A stretch of 32,000 nt of DNA from Psychrobacter cryohalolentis K5 (GTDB lineage: Bacteria > Pseudomonadota > Gammaproteobacteria > Pseudomonadales > Moraxellaceae). Below, piece after piece: positions 21,109-29,596 of the stretch. A program made the position numbers and the translations under genes. The DNA lies in assembly GCF_000013905.1 (NCBI RefSeq), contig NC_007969.1, positions 2,310,001 through 2,342,000 on the forward strand. Direction: 5' to 3'. The number at the start of each line of letters is the position of its first letter. Positions within the stretch are counted from its first letter, which is position 1. Under the pieces are notes generated by a model. That model had not been told where the DNA came from and did not search any database. It worked only from the letters and a program-made list of their open reading frames with translations.

Positions 21109-22320
21109 ATGCGAACTCAAATCAATATAAAATATCTGGATCACCCAGATATTCAAGAAGCCGACGATATTTTGCGCACTTGCGTTCACTGTGGATTTTG
21201 TAATGCCACGTGCCCCACGTATCAAGAGCTTGGCGATGAGCGTGACGGCCCTCGTGGTCGTATTTATTTACTAAAACAAATGCTTGAAACTGGTGATGTT
21301 AGCGAAAAATCCCAACTTCATTTAGACCGTTGTTTAACTTGTCGTAGCTGCGAAACCACTTGCCCCTCTGGGGTAAAATATGGCCGCTTGGCTGAAATCG
21401 GCCGCGATATTATGGAAGAACAGCTGTCGCGACCTGCCGATCAAAGACTTAAACGCTGGCTTATCAGAAAGGTGTTGCCCTATCCGCACCGATTTGGGTT
21501 TATCTTAAGACTCGGACAACTGTTTCGCTCCTTTTTGCCTCGCGACTTAAAAGCCCAAGTCCCTGTTAAGCAAATCACCCGCCCGCGACCCTCACAGCAA
21601 CACTCGCGTCAAATGCTCGTGCTAGAGGGCTGCGCCCAACCTTCTGCCACTCCCAATACCAACAATGCCGCCGCCCGAGTACTTGATAGGCTAGGCATTA
21701 GCTTGATTGCTGCACCAGATGCCGGATGTTGCGGCGCTGTGAGCTATCACATACCAGCCCATGAAGAAGGGCTTGCGTTTATGCGGCGCAATATCGATGC
21801 GTGGTGGCCATATATTGAGGCTGGGGCTGAAGCCATTGTTATCAGCGCTTCAGGCTGCGGCTCGATGGTCAAGGAGTACGGCGAAAAACTCAAACATGAC
21901 AACGCTTATGCAGCTAAAGCCAAGCGTATCAGTGCACTGACCCGAGACCTGAGTGAAATTTTGATCAAAGAGGACCTAGAGAAGTTGGTAGTAAAACAGA
22001 CGAATCGCAAGACCGCTGTCCACTGCCCATGCTCGCTACAGCACGCTCAGCAGTTAGGCGGTCATGTTGAGCAGATATTGCAACGCGCTGGGATTGAGCT
22101 CTCTAAAACCCAAAACGGACATTTATGCTGCGGCTCTGCTGGTACTTACTCGCTCCTTCAGCCTACGCTTAGCCAGCAACTACTCACCAATAAAATCAAC
22201 GATCTTACCATCGATAACCCAGATCAGATTGTGACAGCCAATATCGGATGCCAATTGCATTTAGGCAGCCATGCGTCCGTCCCAGTCAAGCATTGGATCG
22301 AATTGTTAGACCCACAATAA
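21109..22320 (+). CDS. glcF: Glycolate oxidase iron-sulfur subunit GlcF
   Basis: 403 aa. Two 4Fe-4S motifs (CVHCGFCNATCP, CLTCRSCETTCP). Two CCG-type Cys-rich repeats (GCCGAVSY, LCCGSAGTY). AGGAAG SD. Confidence 0.92.
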   Translation: MRTQINIKYLDHPDIQEADDILRTCVHCGFCNATCPTYQELGDERDGPRGRIYLLKQMLETGDVSEKSQLHLDRCLTCRSCETTCPSGVKYGRLAEIGRDIMEEQLSRPADQRLKRWLIRKVLPYPHRFGFILRLGQLFRSFLPRDLKAQVPVKQITRPRPSQQHSRQMLVLEGCAQPSATPNTNNAAARVLDRLGISLIAAPDAGCCGAVSYHIPAHEEGLAFMRRNIDAWWPYIEAGAEAIVISASGCGSMVKEYGEKLKHDNAYAAKAKRISALTRDLSEILIKEDLEKLVVKQTNRKTAVHCPCSLQHAQQLGGHVEQILQRAGIELSKTQNGHLCCGSAGTYSLLQPTLSQQLLTNKINDLTIDNPDQIVTANIGCQLHLGSHASVPVKHWIELLDPQ

Positions 22321-22501
22321 AACCAACTATAATGAGTTAAGCGGATTGTAAAGGACAATCATAATCAGCTCTTAACTACTTTAACAAAGAATACAAGGTC
22401 TCAGCTAATTTTTGAAATAAGTTCTTTACTGCCATTTGAATGACGCCCGCAGCACCAAAAAACTACGGGCTTCTTTTGGCTTAATACTGATAAACAAAAA
22501 A

Positions 22502-22524
22502 GAAATATCATTCAATGATATTTC
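22502..22524. promoter_or_regulatory. Perfect 23-bp palindrome upstream of the lactate permease gene; candidate operator
   Basis: GAAATATCATT-C-AATGATATTTC, with 11-bp perfect arms. It ends 39 nt upstream of the permease ATG. Confidence 0.4.
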
Positions 22525-22563
22525 AAAGATGACTTCAACTACATATACCAAGGACGGTTTATT

Positions 22564-24321
22564 ATGTACACTTTTTTGGCCTTAGCGCCTATTCTGGTAG
22601 TACTCGTTTTGCTTGTAATGTTGCGGCTCCCTGCCAAGATTTCTATGGGCGTTGCCTATTTAGTAACCGCGCTATTAGCGTTGTTCGTTTGGCAAGCCAG
22701 TGGCGCCCAAGTCGCAGCCGCGACTGTAAACGGCATCATCGTCGCACTCACGCTTTTATTTATTGTATTTGCGGCTATTTTATTGCTGAATACTTTGAAG
22801 GAAGGGGGCGCTATTGTCGCTATTCGTAAAGGCTTTATGGATATCTCGCCCGATAGACGCGTTCAAGTTATCATTGTGGCGTGGTTATTCGGCTCGCTGA
22901 TAGAAGGCTCATCAGGATTTGGTACGCCATCTGCTATCGGTGCACCGTTGTTGTTGGCTTTAGGTTTCCCAGCGATGGCATCAGTTATGGCTATGTTAAT
23001 TATTCAGTCGACGCCCGTATCATTTGGTGCCGTTGGTACGCCAGTATTACTTGGCGTTTGGACTGGTATCAATGATAAGCCAGATATAACGCAAGCGATT
23101 GCGCCACTCTCAACTGAAAACTATCTATTACAAATCGCGGGTAACATCGGTCTGATACATGCGCTGGTGGGTTTTCTAATTCCGTTACTTTTGAGTGGAT
23201 TTTTGACTCGGTTCTTTGGTAAAAATCGCTCCTTCGTTGAAGGGCTCAAAGTATGGCCTTTTGCAATTTTTGCTGGTCTCTGCTTTACCGTTCCTTATTA
23301 TTTAGTGGCTAGATACCTAGGTCCTGAGTTCCCATCATTGGTCGGCGGTTTTATCGGTCTTATGATTGTGCTTCCTGCAGCAAAGCGCGGCTTCTTGATG
23401 CCTAAAGAGATTTTTGATTTTGCGCCACGCGCTAAATGGGATAAAGACTGGCTAGGCTCGTTACCTGAAGAAAAGTTTGATGATTCCATTGCACCAAGAT
23501 TTTCTTTGGTTCGGGCATTTTCTCCTTATCTCATCGTTATTGGTCTACTAATCATCACTCGAGTCATTGCACCACTGAAGGCATTTTTGACTGGAGATTT
23601 GACCACTATACAATTTACCAATCTTTTTGGTACAACTATTTCTAGTAAAATCCAACTTGCCTATTCTCCAGGTATCATTCTAATTATTGTTGCCTTAATC
23701 TCTATCTTGTTGTTCAAAATGAACGGACAAGCCGTCAAACGTAGTTGGAGTAGTTCTGCAAAAACCATGGTAGCCGCCGCACCAGCCTTGCTGTTTTCGG
23801 TACCGATGGTACAAGTATTCATCAACTCCGGGTCAGCTGCTGAAGTCGCAAATTCGCTACCCGCTATGCCCATCTTACTGGCTGAGAGTGCCGCTGGTGC
23901 ATTTCAAAATGCATGGCCACTCGTGTCTCCGTGGATTGGCGCGCTGGGTGCGTTCATTGCAGGCTCAAATACCGTCAGTAATATGATGTTCGCTTACTTT
24001 CAGTGGTCAACCGCCAGTCAAATTGGCTTAGATGTCAATCTTGCTGCACAAGTAGTAGCACTGCAAGCGGTCGGTGGCGCAGCGGGTAATATGATTGCGG
24101 TACATAACGTCGTTGCTGCTTGCGCGGTGGTTGGTCTAATGGATAAAGAAGGCTATGTTATTCGCAAAACCTTAGTCGCAATGACATACTATGTGATTCA
24201 GGCAGGATTGATCGGTATGGGTATTATTTTCGGTCAAATGTGGTGGTGGATATTGGCTGTCATTTGGCCAATCGCATTTTTTGGCATCATGGCAATGACG
24301 AGTAAAAAAACCGTTGCTTAA
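22564..24321 (+). CDS. lldP: L-lactate/glycolate permease (LctP family)
   Basis: 585 aa, highly hydrophobic polytopic protein. EGSSGFGTPSAIGAPLL and GALGAFIAGSNTVSNMMF resemble conserved LctP-family segments. Genomic context with lldD and glcDEF. Confidence 0.9.
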   Translation: MYTFLALAPILVVLVLLVMLRLPAKISMGVAYLVTALLALFVWQASGAQVAAATVNGIIVALTLLFIVFAAILLLNTLKEGGAIVAIRKGFMDISPDRRVQVIIVAWLFGSLIEGSSGFGTPSAIGAPLLLALGFPAMASVMAMLIIQSTPVSFGAVGTPVLLGVWTGINDKPDITQAIAPLSTENYLLQIAGNIGLIHALVGFLIPLLLSGFLTRFFGKNRSFVEGLKVWPFAIFAGLCFTVPYYLVARYLGPEFPSLVGGFIGLMIVLPAAKRGFLMPKEIFDFAPRAKWDKDWLGSLPEEKFDDSIAPRFSLVRAFSPYLIVIGLLIITRVIAPLKAFLTGDLTTIQFTNLFGTTISSKIQLAYSPGIILIIVALISILLFKMNGQAVKRSWSSSAKTMVAAAPALLFSVPMVQVFINSGSAAEVANSLPAMPILLAESAAGAFQNAWPLVSPWIGALGAFIAGSNTVSNMMFAYFQWSTASQIGLDVNLAAQVVALQAVGGAAGNMIAVHNVVAACAVVGLMDKEGYVIRKTLVAMTYYVIQAGLIGMGIIFGQMWWWILAVIWPIAFFGIMAMTSKKTVA

Positions 24322-24370
24322 CATGAGTTAGCTGTACTAGTAAATCTGTGAATCTGCACTCAGTACTTGA

Positions 24371-24409
24371 ACTGACGCTATTATACTAACTATGATAGCG
24401 TCAGTTTTA
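24371..24409 (+). terminator. Rho-independent terminator or attenuator between the permease and lldD
   Basis: ACTGACGCTAT, 13-nt loop, ATAGCGTCAGT, then TTTAT. Perfect 11-bp stem. Confidence 0.6.
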
Positions 24410-24513
24410 TGTCACGGTTAAGATAATATTTTCTGATAATTAACGACAAAAAATGAATGACCGCAGCATCATAATTAATAAACGGTTACCAAATAAGCAA
24501 CAAGGAAGACCTT

Positions 24514-25722
24514 ATGAAAAATTTGAGCAAAATTACTGAAATTGAAGACTTACGACGGGTTGCTGAGCGCAAAGTGCCTCGCATGTTTTATGATTATGTC
24601 GACTCAGGCTCATGGACTGAGACCACCTATCGTAATAATGAAACTGACTTTGATCGTATCAAATTACGTCAGCGGGTATTGGTCAATATGGAAGGACGCT
24701 CGCTTGCCACCGAAATGCTGGGCACGCCAGTAAAAATGCCAGTTGCGATTGCGCCAACAGGCTTTACTGGCATGATGTGGGCAGACGGAGAAATCCTCGC
24801 GGCACAGGCAGCAGAAAATTTTGGCGTACCGTTTTCCCTATCGACCATGAGTATTTGCTCTATCGAAGATGTCGCCACCCATACCAGCCAGCCATTTTGG
24901 TTTCAGCTATATATGATGCGCGATATGGACTTTATCGCCAATTTGATTCGCCGTGCCAAAGAAGCCAATTGCTCAGCGCTCATCCTGACCGCCGATTTAC
25001 AAGTACTCGGTCAACGTCATAAAGACATCAAAAATGGTCTATCTGCGCCGCCAAAACCAACGCTTGCCAATATCTTAAATCTGATGACCAAGCCAGAATG
25101 GTGTATGAATATGCTCCAAACCCGCCGCCGCACCTTTGGTAATATCGTCGGTCATGCTAAAAACGTCGAGGATATCTCATCGCTATCAGCATGGACAGCT
25201 GAGCAGTTCGATCCGGCGCTGAGCTGGGATGATGTCGCTCGTATTAAAGACATGTGGGGTGGCAAGCTGATTATCAAAGGCATTATGGAGCCAGAAGATG
25301 CCATCATGGCAGCTCGTAGCGGTGCCGATGCGCTAGTGGTCTCCAATCATGGTGGACGCCAATTGGATGGTGCACCCTCTTCCATTTCATCTCTATCCGA
25401 TATTGTACAAGCCGTGCGTGCTGAAGACAGTCAGATTGAAGTTTGGCTCGATAGCGGTATTCGTTCTGGGCAAGATGTACTCAAAGCGATGGCATTAGGA
25501 GCCAATGGCACGATGATTGGTCGCGCTTTTCTTTATGGTCTTGGCGCGTATGGCGAAGATGGTGTCCGCCGAGCGCTTGAACTGATTTATAACGAATGTG
25601 ATATCAGCATGGCGTTTTGCGGTCATACCGATATCAATGAAGTGCGCGATGATATCTTAGTCAAAGGTACCTACGAGCATCTCAAAACTGCCTTGCCTTA
25701 CGTAGCGCCAATGCGCTGGTAA
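24514..25722 (+). CDS. lldD: FMN-dependent L-lactate dehydrogenase (alpha-hydroxy-acid oxidising enzyme)
   Basis: 402 aa, collinear with E. coli LldD as I recall it: PFSLSTMS, WFQLYMMRD, ISWDD..IKDMW, VVSNHGGRQLDG, DSGIRSG.DV.KA.ALGA. AGGAAG SD. Confidence 0.92.
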   Translation: MKNLSKITEIEDLRRVAERKVPRMFYDYVDSGSWTETTYRNNETDFDRIKLRQRVLVNMEGRSLATEMLGTPVKMPVAIAPTGFTGMMWADGEILAAQAAENFGVPFSLSTMSICSIEDVATHTSQPFWFQLYMMRDMDFIANLIRRAKEANCSALILTADLQVLGQRHKDIKNGLSAPPKPTLANILNLMTKPEWCMNMLQTRRRTFGNIVGHAKNVEDISSLSAWTAEQFDPALSWDDVARIKDMWGGKLIIKGIMEPEDAIMAARSGADALVVSNHGGRQLDGAPSSISSLSDIVQAVRAEDSQIEVWLDSGIRSGQDVLKAMALGANGTMIGRAFLYGLGAYGEDGVRRALELIYNECDISMAFCGHTDINEVRDDILVKGTYEHLKTALPYVAPMRW

Positions 25723-25821
25723 GTGTAGACGATATAACTACTTAGACTTGTTGGTCGCTTTCTTTATACTATCTATACCCTTTATACTGTACTGATAATT
25801 TTTTATTGATAATTAGATGTT

Positions 25822-26868
25822 ATGACCATTCAACAATTATTAAAGACAGCGCCTGTTACCACCTTGTTATTAGTCAGCTTTATCGGGCTATTTATCATGC
25901 AGGTATTAACGGGTGTCGATGCCAATAATCCTTCAACTGAAGCGCTGATAAAATGGGGTGCCAATGCCTTGCCTTTTACTATGGATAATGAGCCATGGCG
26001 CTTGGTGAGCAGTGCGTTTTTGCATATTGGGCTGATGCATTTATTGTTTAATGGTTTTGCCATGTATTTTTTTGGGCAAATCGCCGAGCCGATGTTTGGC
26101 TCCGCGAAGTTTTTGGCGCTATTTTTACTGGCAGCAATCGGTGGCAACTTACTGAATAATTACGTCACATGGCAAGGTATTGTGGACGGGACAGGACAAG
26201 CCGGATTATCTGCGGGCGCATCGGGCGGTATCATGGGTATTGGCGCAGCGTTATTAATCGCCGCGCTGTTTAAGATATCAGTCAATGGTATGGTGCTGAA
26301 TCTTAAAAGCCTGATATTTATTATGGGCATCAACCTAGTCTATGGTTTTGCGGTGCCGGGTATCGACAATGCTGGTCACATTGGCGGTGCGATTACCGGT
26401 CTTATCATTTCACTACCTTTTGCGATTGCCTATCGTCAACGTATGGCAGCTGTCATACAGAATATTGCCACTTACGAGAATGATTATTTACCCCATTATC
26501 AAAGTGAGCAACAAAACGAATATCATACCACTTATATTAATACGCCAGTGAATAGCGGCACTGACTTTGATAATAATGCACACTTAAATAATACTCATTT
26601 AAATAACGCCAGTTTGCATAATGAGAGTCATGTAGATAATAATAGTGGTGTAAACTCAAACGTAACTGTTAACCCTACCAATCCTATTCGCCCTACTCTT
26701 AACGAAACTCTGAATGAAAAAAGCACAGCCATTAAACCTGCGCTTATTTGGCAATTGCTGCCATGGATTGTAATGTTATTTATTATCATTGGCTTTATGT
26801 GGTGGTGGCAAGATATTCATCAGCAATTAATAGAAGTGCTCAATGCCATTGAGCAAAGCACTGTTTAA
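25822..26868 (+). CDS. Rhomboid-family intramembrane serine protease with an Asn-rich linker and an extra C-terminal TM helix
   Basis: WRLVSSAFLHIGLMHLLFNG (H..xH..xN), catalytic GASGGIMG (GxSG) and AGHIGGAITG (catalytic His). A polar linker of about 90 aa is followed by the hydrophobic segment LIWQLLPWIVMLFIIIGFMWWW. Confidence 0.88.
   Translation: MTIQQLLKTAPVTTLLLVSFIGLFIMQVLTGVDANNPSTEALIKWGANALPFTMDNEPWRLVSSAFLHIGLMHLLFNGFAMYFFGQIAEPMFGSAKFLALFLLAAIGGNLLNNYVTWQGIVDGTGQAGLSAGASGGIMGIGAALLIAALFKISVNGMVLNLKSLIFIMGINLVYGFAVPGIDNAGHIGGAITGLIISLPFAIAYRQRMAAVIQNIATYENDYLPHYQSEQQNEYHTTYINTPVNSGTDFDNNAHLNNTHLNNASLHNESHVDNNSGVNSNVTVNPTNPIRPTLNETLNEKSTAIKPALIWQLLPWIVMLFIIIGFMWWWQDIHQQLIEVLNAIEQSTV
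26572..26646 (+). repeat. In-frame imperfect 15-bp tandem repeat (3 good units plus 2 degenerate) inside the rhomboid linker
   Basis: aataatgcacactta / aataatactcattta / aataacgccagtttg / cataatgagagtcat / gtagataataatagt, encoding NNAHL NNTHL NNASL HNESH VDNNS. Confidence 0.6.
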
Positions 26869-26966
26869 CCTATATCTCTTTTAGTTTTACCTGATTCCAA
26901 TGTACAAAATCCTTACGAGTTTTACTATTTTTATCCCTTTGTTTCACCCACTTATGAGAGCAAATC

Positions 26967-27779
26967 ATGTCTACATCATCATCGCTATCCCCTACTTTTA
27001 AGCGTGCTTTGCTTAACACGTTGACAGCTACTGCCATGCTTGGCGCAGCTAGCCTATCTAATGCAGCACTCTTCAATAAAAACCTACCGAAAGATCCTGA
27101 TGCTGAGTTAAGCGTCGGCGTCAACGTCATGGCAGTCAAATCTGCTTATGATTTGGAAGAAAGCACCGAGATAAAAGTATTGCCAGGCGTATTCTATGAC
27201 AATAATAAAATCTACGCACGCGGTGCTCAAGCGGGTGTATACCTTATCAATGACGGCAGCAATCAGCTAGCTGCTTATGCTCAGCTTGCTGGCAATTCAT
27301 TTGATCCTGATGATGCTACTGGCGCACTAAAAGGACTTGATGAGCGTAAAGCCTCTGCTGCTGCAGGCTTAAGCTATACGCGTCTGACGCCGGTTGGTGG
27401 CTTTCGTGCTCAATACGCAACAGATATCTTAGATCGTAGCGGCGGTAATACTGCCCGCTTAAGCTATATTGGTAAAATTAGCAAAAACAAGCTAACGGTC
27501 TATCCAAGCGTTGGATTTGAGTACAATGATGCCGACTACAATGAATACTATTATGGGGTAAGTGATACAGAGTCAACTAGAACTGGCGTCGCTGCTTATA
27601 CCGCCAACTCAAGCTTGAATCCTTATATTAATGTTAGTGCCAACTATGATTTCAGTAAGCGCTGGGCGGGCTTTGCCAATCAAAGCTTAAGCTATCTGCC
27701 AAATGAGCAATATGACAGTCCAATGGTTGACTCGCGTACTGATGCTACGACGACGCTTGGTTTGCTTTATAAGTTTTAA
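26967..27779 (+). CDS. mipA: MipA/OmpV-family outer-membrane protein (MltA-interacting scaffold family)
   Basis: 270 aa. Signal-like N-terminus (...ATAMLGAASLSNAA). VLPGVFYDNNKIYARGAQAGVYL is typical of MipA-family beta-barrels. C-terminal LLYKF. Confidence 0.85.
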   Translation: MSTSSSLSPTFKRALLNTLTATAMLGAASLSNAALFNKNLPKDPDAELSVGVNVMAVKSAYDLEESTEIKVLPGVFYDNNKIYARGAQAGVYLINDGSNQLAAYAQLAGNSFDPDDATGALKGLDERKASAAAGLSYTRLTPVGGFRAQYATDILDRSGGNTARLSYIGKISKNKLTVYPSVGFEYNDADYNEYYYGVSDTESTRTGVAAYTANSSLNPYINVSANYDFSKRWAGFANQSLSYLPNEQYDSPMVDSRTDATTTLGLLYKF

Positions 27780-27798
27780 TTAAGCACGTATATGAAAT

Positions 27799-27838
27799 AA
27801 AAAAAGACCTTGTCGCTTAATGTGGTAAGGTCTTTTTT
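27799..27838. terminator. Bidirectional terminator hairpin, copy A of a three-member family
   Basis: A7-AGACCTTGTCGC-ttaat-GTGGTAAGGTCT-T6. 12-bp stem including 3 G-U pairs. Serves convergent mipA (+) and the orphan gene (-). Confidence 0.75.
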
Positions 27839-27931
27839 ATTCTGTAATAGATACGAAACCTTAAACTTTCAACGCATTAAATCCTTCTAACTCAATCAAT
27901 ATATGCTCTTAAATTCATTAGTAGTAAAAAT

Positions 27932-28720
27932 TTAAGCAAGTTCCATATTTGTGGATCTTTTCAATAATTCTAAAATATCTGGACGATTTTCTAGAAGAAT
28001 TTTATTTAACATCTCTTGAATAAACGGAGCTACCCAGTACTGACTATTTTCAGGTGGCGTCATACCCATTTCTAAATGTTCTAAATAATCTGAAGAGACC
28101 ATGTAATGTTCATTAATTATAAAGATGTATGAAATATTAAGTATGAATACATTTCTAACATCTTTTCGCAATTGTTCAAGATGCTGAGAACGCTCTTTCA
28201 AATATATTCTGCCATCATTAAGCAATACTAAGGAAAAGAAATTGTAGTGCATATTATCATTGCAACGATTTCTAATACCTTCATAGCGCTGATTCAAGTC
28301 AATTAACTCATTAACTTCAGATAGAAACAAAGAGTTCTTTAAATATTTTGCCATCTTAGACATTCTTGGCAATGGCTTTTTACCATGCAGCCAATCATTG
28401 ATCTCAGCAACATAAAAATCTGCTATTTCTGAATTTTGATTGATATATAAATTTGTGTACGCATTGATCATGACAGAATCATAATATTTTCTTAATAACG
28501 CATAACCATCATTTAGATTACCATTTTTTAAAACTAAATCTATAGACTCTAAGGTGCCTCTCATGGACATATAAACATAAGTATCCATATTAGCAATTGC
28601 TGACGTACCTTTAGTCGAGAAGCTCATGACAGAGTTGGATAAAGACTCATAAAAGCTAGCATAATAATTAAGTTCTTCAAATATTTTATGGTCAGTATAT
28701 TCGGCATCCGTTGAATTCAT
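27932..28720 (-). CDS. Orphan low-G+C protein with a HEPN-like R-x3-N-x3-H motif; function unknown, possibly an Abi/toxin-type effector
   Basis: The ORF-track ORF (264 aa) starts at TTG 28726. The first ATG is at 28718-28720 (MNSTDAEY...). No signal peptide or TM segment, and a helix-like sequence pattern. IRNRCNDNMH is encoded at 28247-28273. Hand-counted G+C is about 27-32% on the two 60-nt lines counted, against about 55% on a mipA line. Confidence 0.8.
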   Translation of the reverse strand: MNSTDAEYTDHKIFEELNYYASFYESLSNSVMSFSTKGTSAIANMDTYVYMSMRGTLESIDLVLKNGNLNDGYALLRKYYDSVMINAYTNLYINQNSEIADFYVAEINDWLHGKKPLPRMSKMAKYLKNSLFLSEVNELIDLNQRYEGIRNRCNDNMHYNFFSLVLLNDGRIYLKERSQHLEQLRKDVRNVFILNISYIFIINEHYMVSSDYLEHLEMGMTPPENSQYWVAPFIQEMLNKILLENRPDILELLKRSTNMELA

Positions 28721-28870
28721 ATTCAAGTACTCTGTAGATATGGTAGTTTACTATCTTTTGATATTATTACTTATATCATAAATTGAAGAGATAAATAATG
28801 TCACAGAGTAGCGCAAAACTTTACCTACCTATTGAGGCTTTGCAAACTCTTAGCTCCAAAAATTTAACCG

Positions 28871-28910
28871 AAAAAAAGACCTTGCCACATAACGTGACAA
28901 GGTCTTTTTT
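28871..28910. terminator. Bidirectional terminator hairpin, copy B
   Basis: A7-GACCTTGCCAC-ataac-GTGACAAGGTC-T6, with one C-A mismatch. Lies downstream of the peroxiredoxin gene. Confidence 0.75.
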
Positions 28911-28932
28911 ATTTCTAACTTCTCAATAGAAC

Positions 28933-29460
28933 CTAAGCATTACTTTTTAAATACGCTAACATAGTGTCTGCATCTGATACTTCAAATGGGTCTATTGGAC
29001 AGTTGTCGCCAAAATCAGCTTCCTTAAACACTTTTTTAACTTCTTTATTGTCGACAACCATCGAATAACGCCATGAGCGCATACCAAAGCCAACATTACT
29101 CTTATCAACAAGCATCCCCATTTTACGAGTGAACTCACCATTACCATCAGGCAGTAAGAAAACATTTTCACGGTTTTGCTTCAGACCCCATTGGTACATG
29201 ACGAACGCATCATTAACAGAAATGCAAACTATTTCATCTATGCCTAATGCCTTAAACTCATTATAAAGCGCTTCATAACGAGGGAGATGGCTGGTCGAAC
29301 AAGTTGGCGTAAACGCACCTGGTAGAGAAAACACAACCACTTTTTTATTGGCAAATAACTCATCTGTGGTTAGATCATACCATGTGAACGGGTTGTCTCC
29401 TCCAATAGAGTCATCACGAACACGAGTTTTAAAAGTCATATCAGGTATATGGGTAATCAT
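28933..29460 (-). CDS. Prx5-type (atypical 2-Cys) peroxiredoxin
   Basis: 175 aa. VVVFSLPGAFTPTCS peroxidatic-Cys motif characteristic of the Prx5 subfamily. GGAG SD 6 nt upstream. Confidence 0.9.
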   Translation of the reverse strand: MITHIPDMTFKTRVRDDSIGGDNPFTWYDLTTDELFANKKVVVFSLPGAFTPTCSTSHLPRYEALYNEFKALGIDEIVCISVNDAFVMYQWGLKQNRENVFLLPDGNGEFTRKMGMLVDKSNVGFGMRSWRYSMVVDNKEVKKVFKEADFGDNCPIDPFEVSDADTMLAYLKSNA

Positions 29461-29596
29461 TGTTTACTCCGATTTAGGTTATTGTCTTTTTTTCCAAAAT
29501 TCTGCATGTATATGATAATAGTTATAGTAGTCCATAAGCAATCTTTGAGATTACATTCACTATATAAGATGTAGATCTAGCCTTAAAAATATAAAC

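Noticed and set aside
22445-22479. Possible glcF terminator (GCCCG, 16 nt, CGGGC, then TTCTTTT; or CCAAAA, 13 nt, TTTTGG).
   Set aside because: The stems are only 5-6 bp with large loops and an interrupted T-run. This is too weak to call.
28798-28929. 43-aa plus-strand ORF (MSQSSAKLYLPIEALQTLSSKNL...) between the orphan gene and the peroxiredoxin gene, considered as a possible antitoxin or partner.
   Set aside because: It reads straight through terminator hairpin B, has only a weak purine-rich stretch upstream, and is on the opposite strand from the orphan gene. This is not supportable without conservation data.
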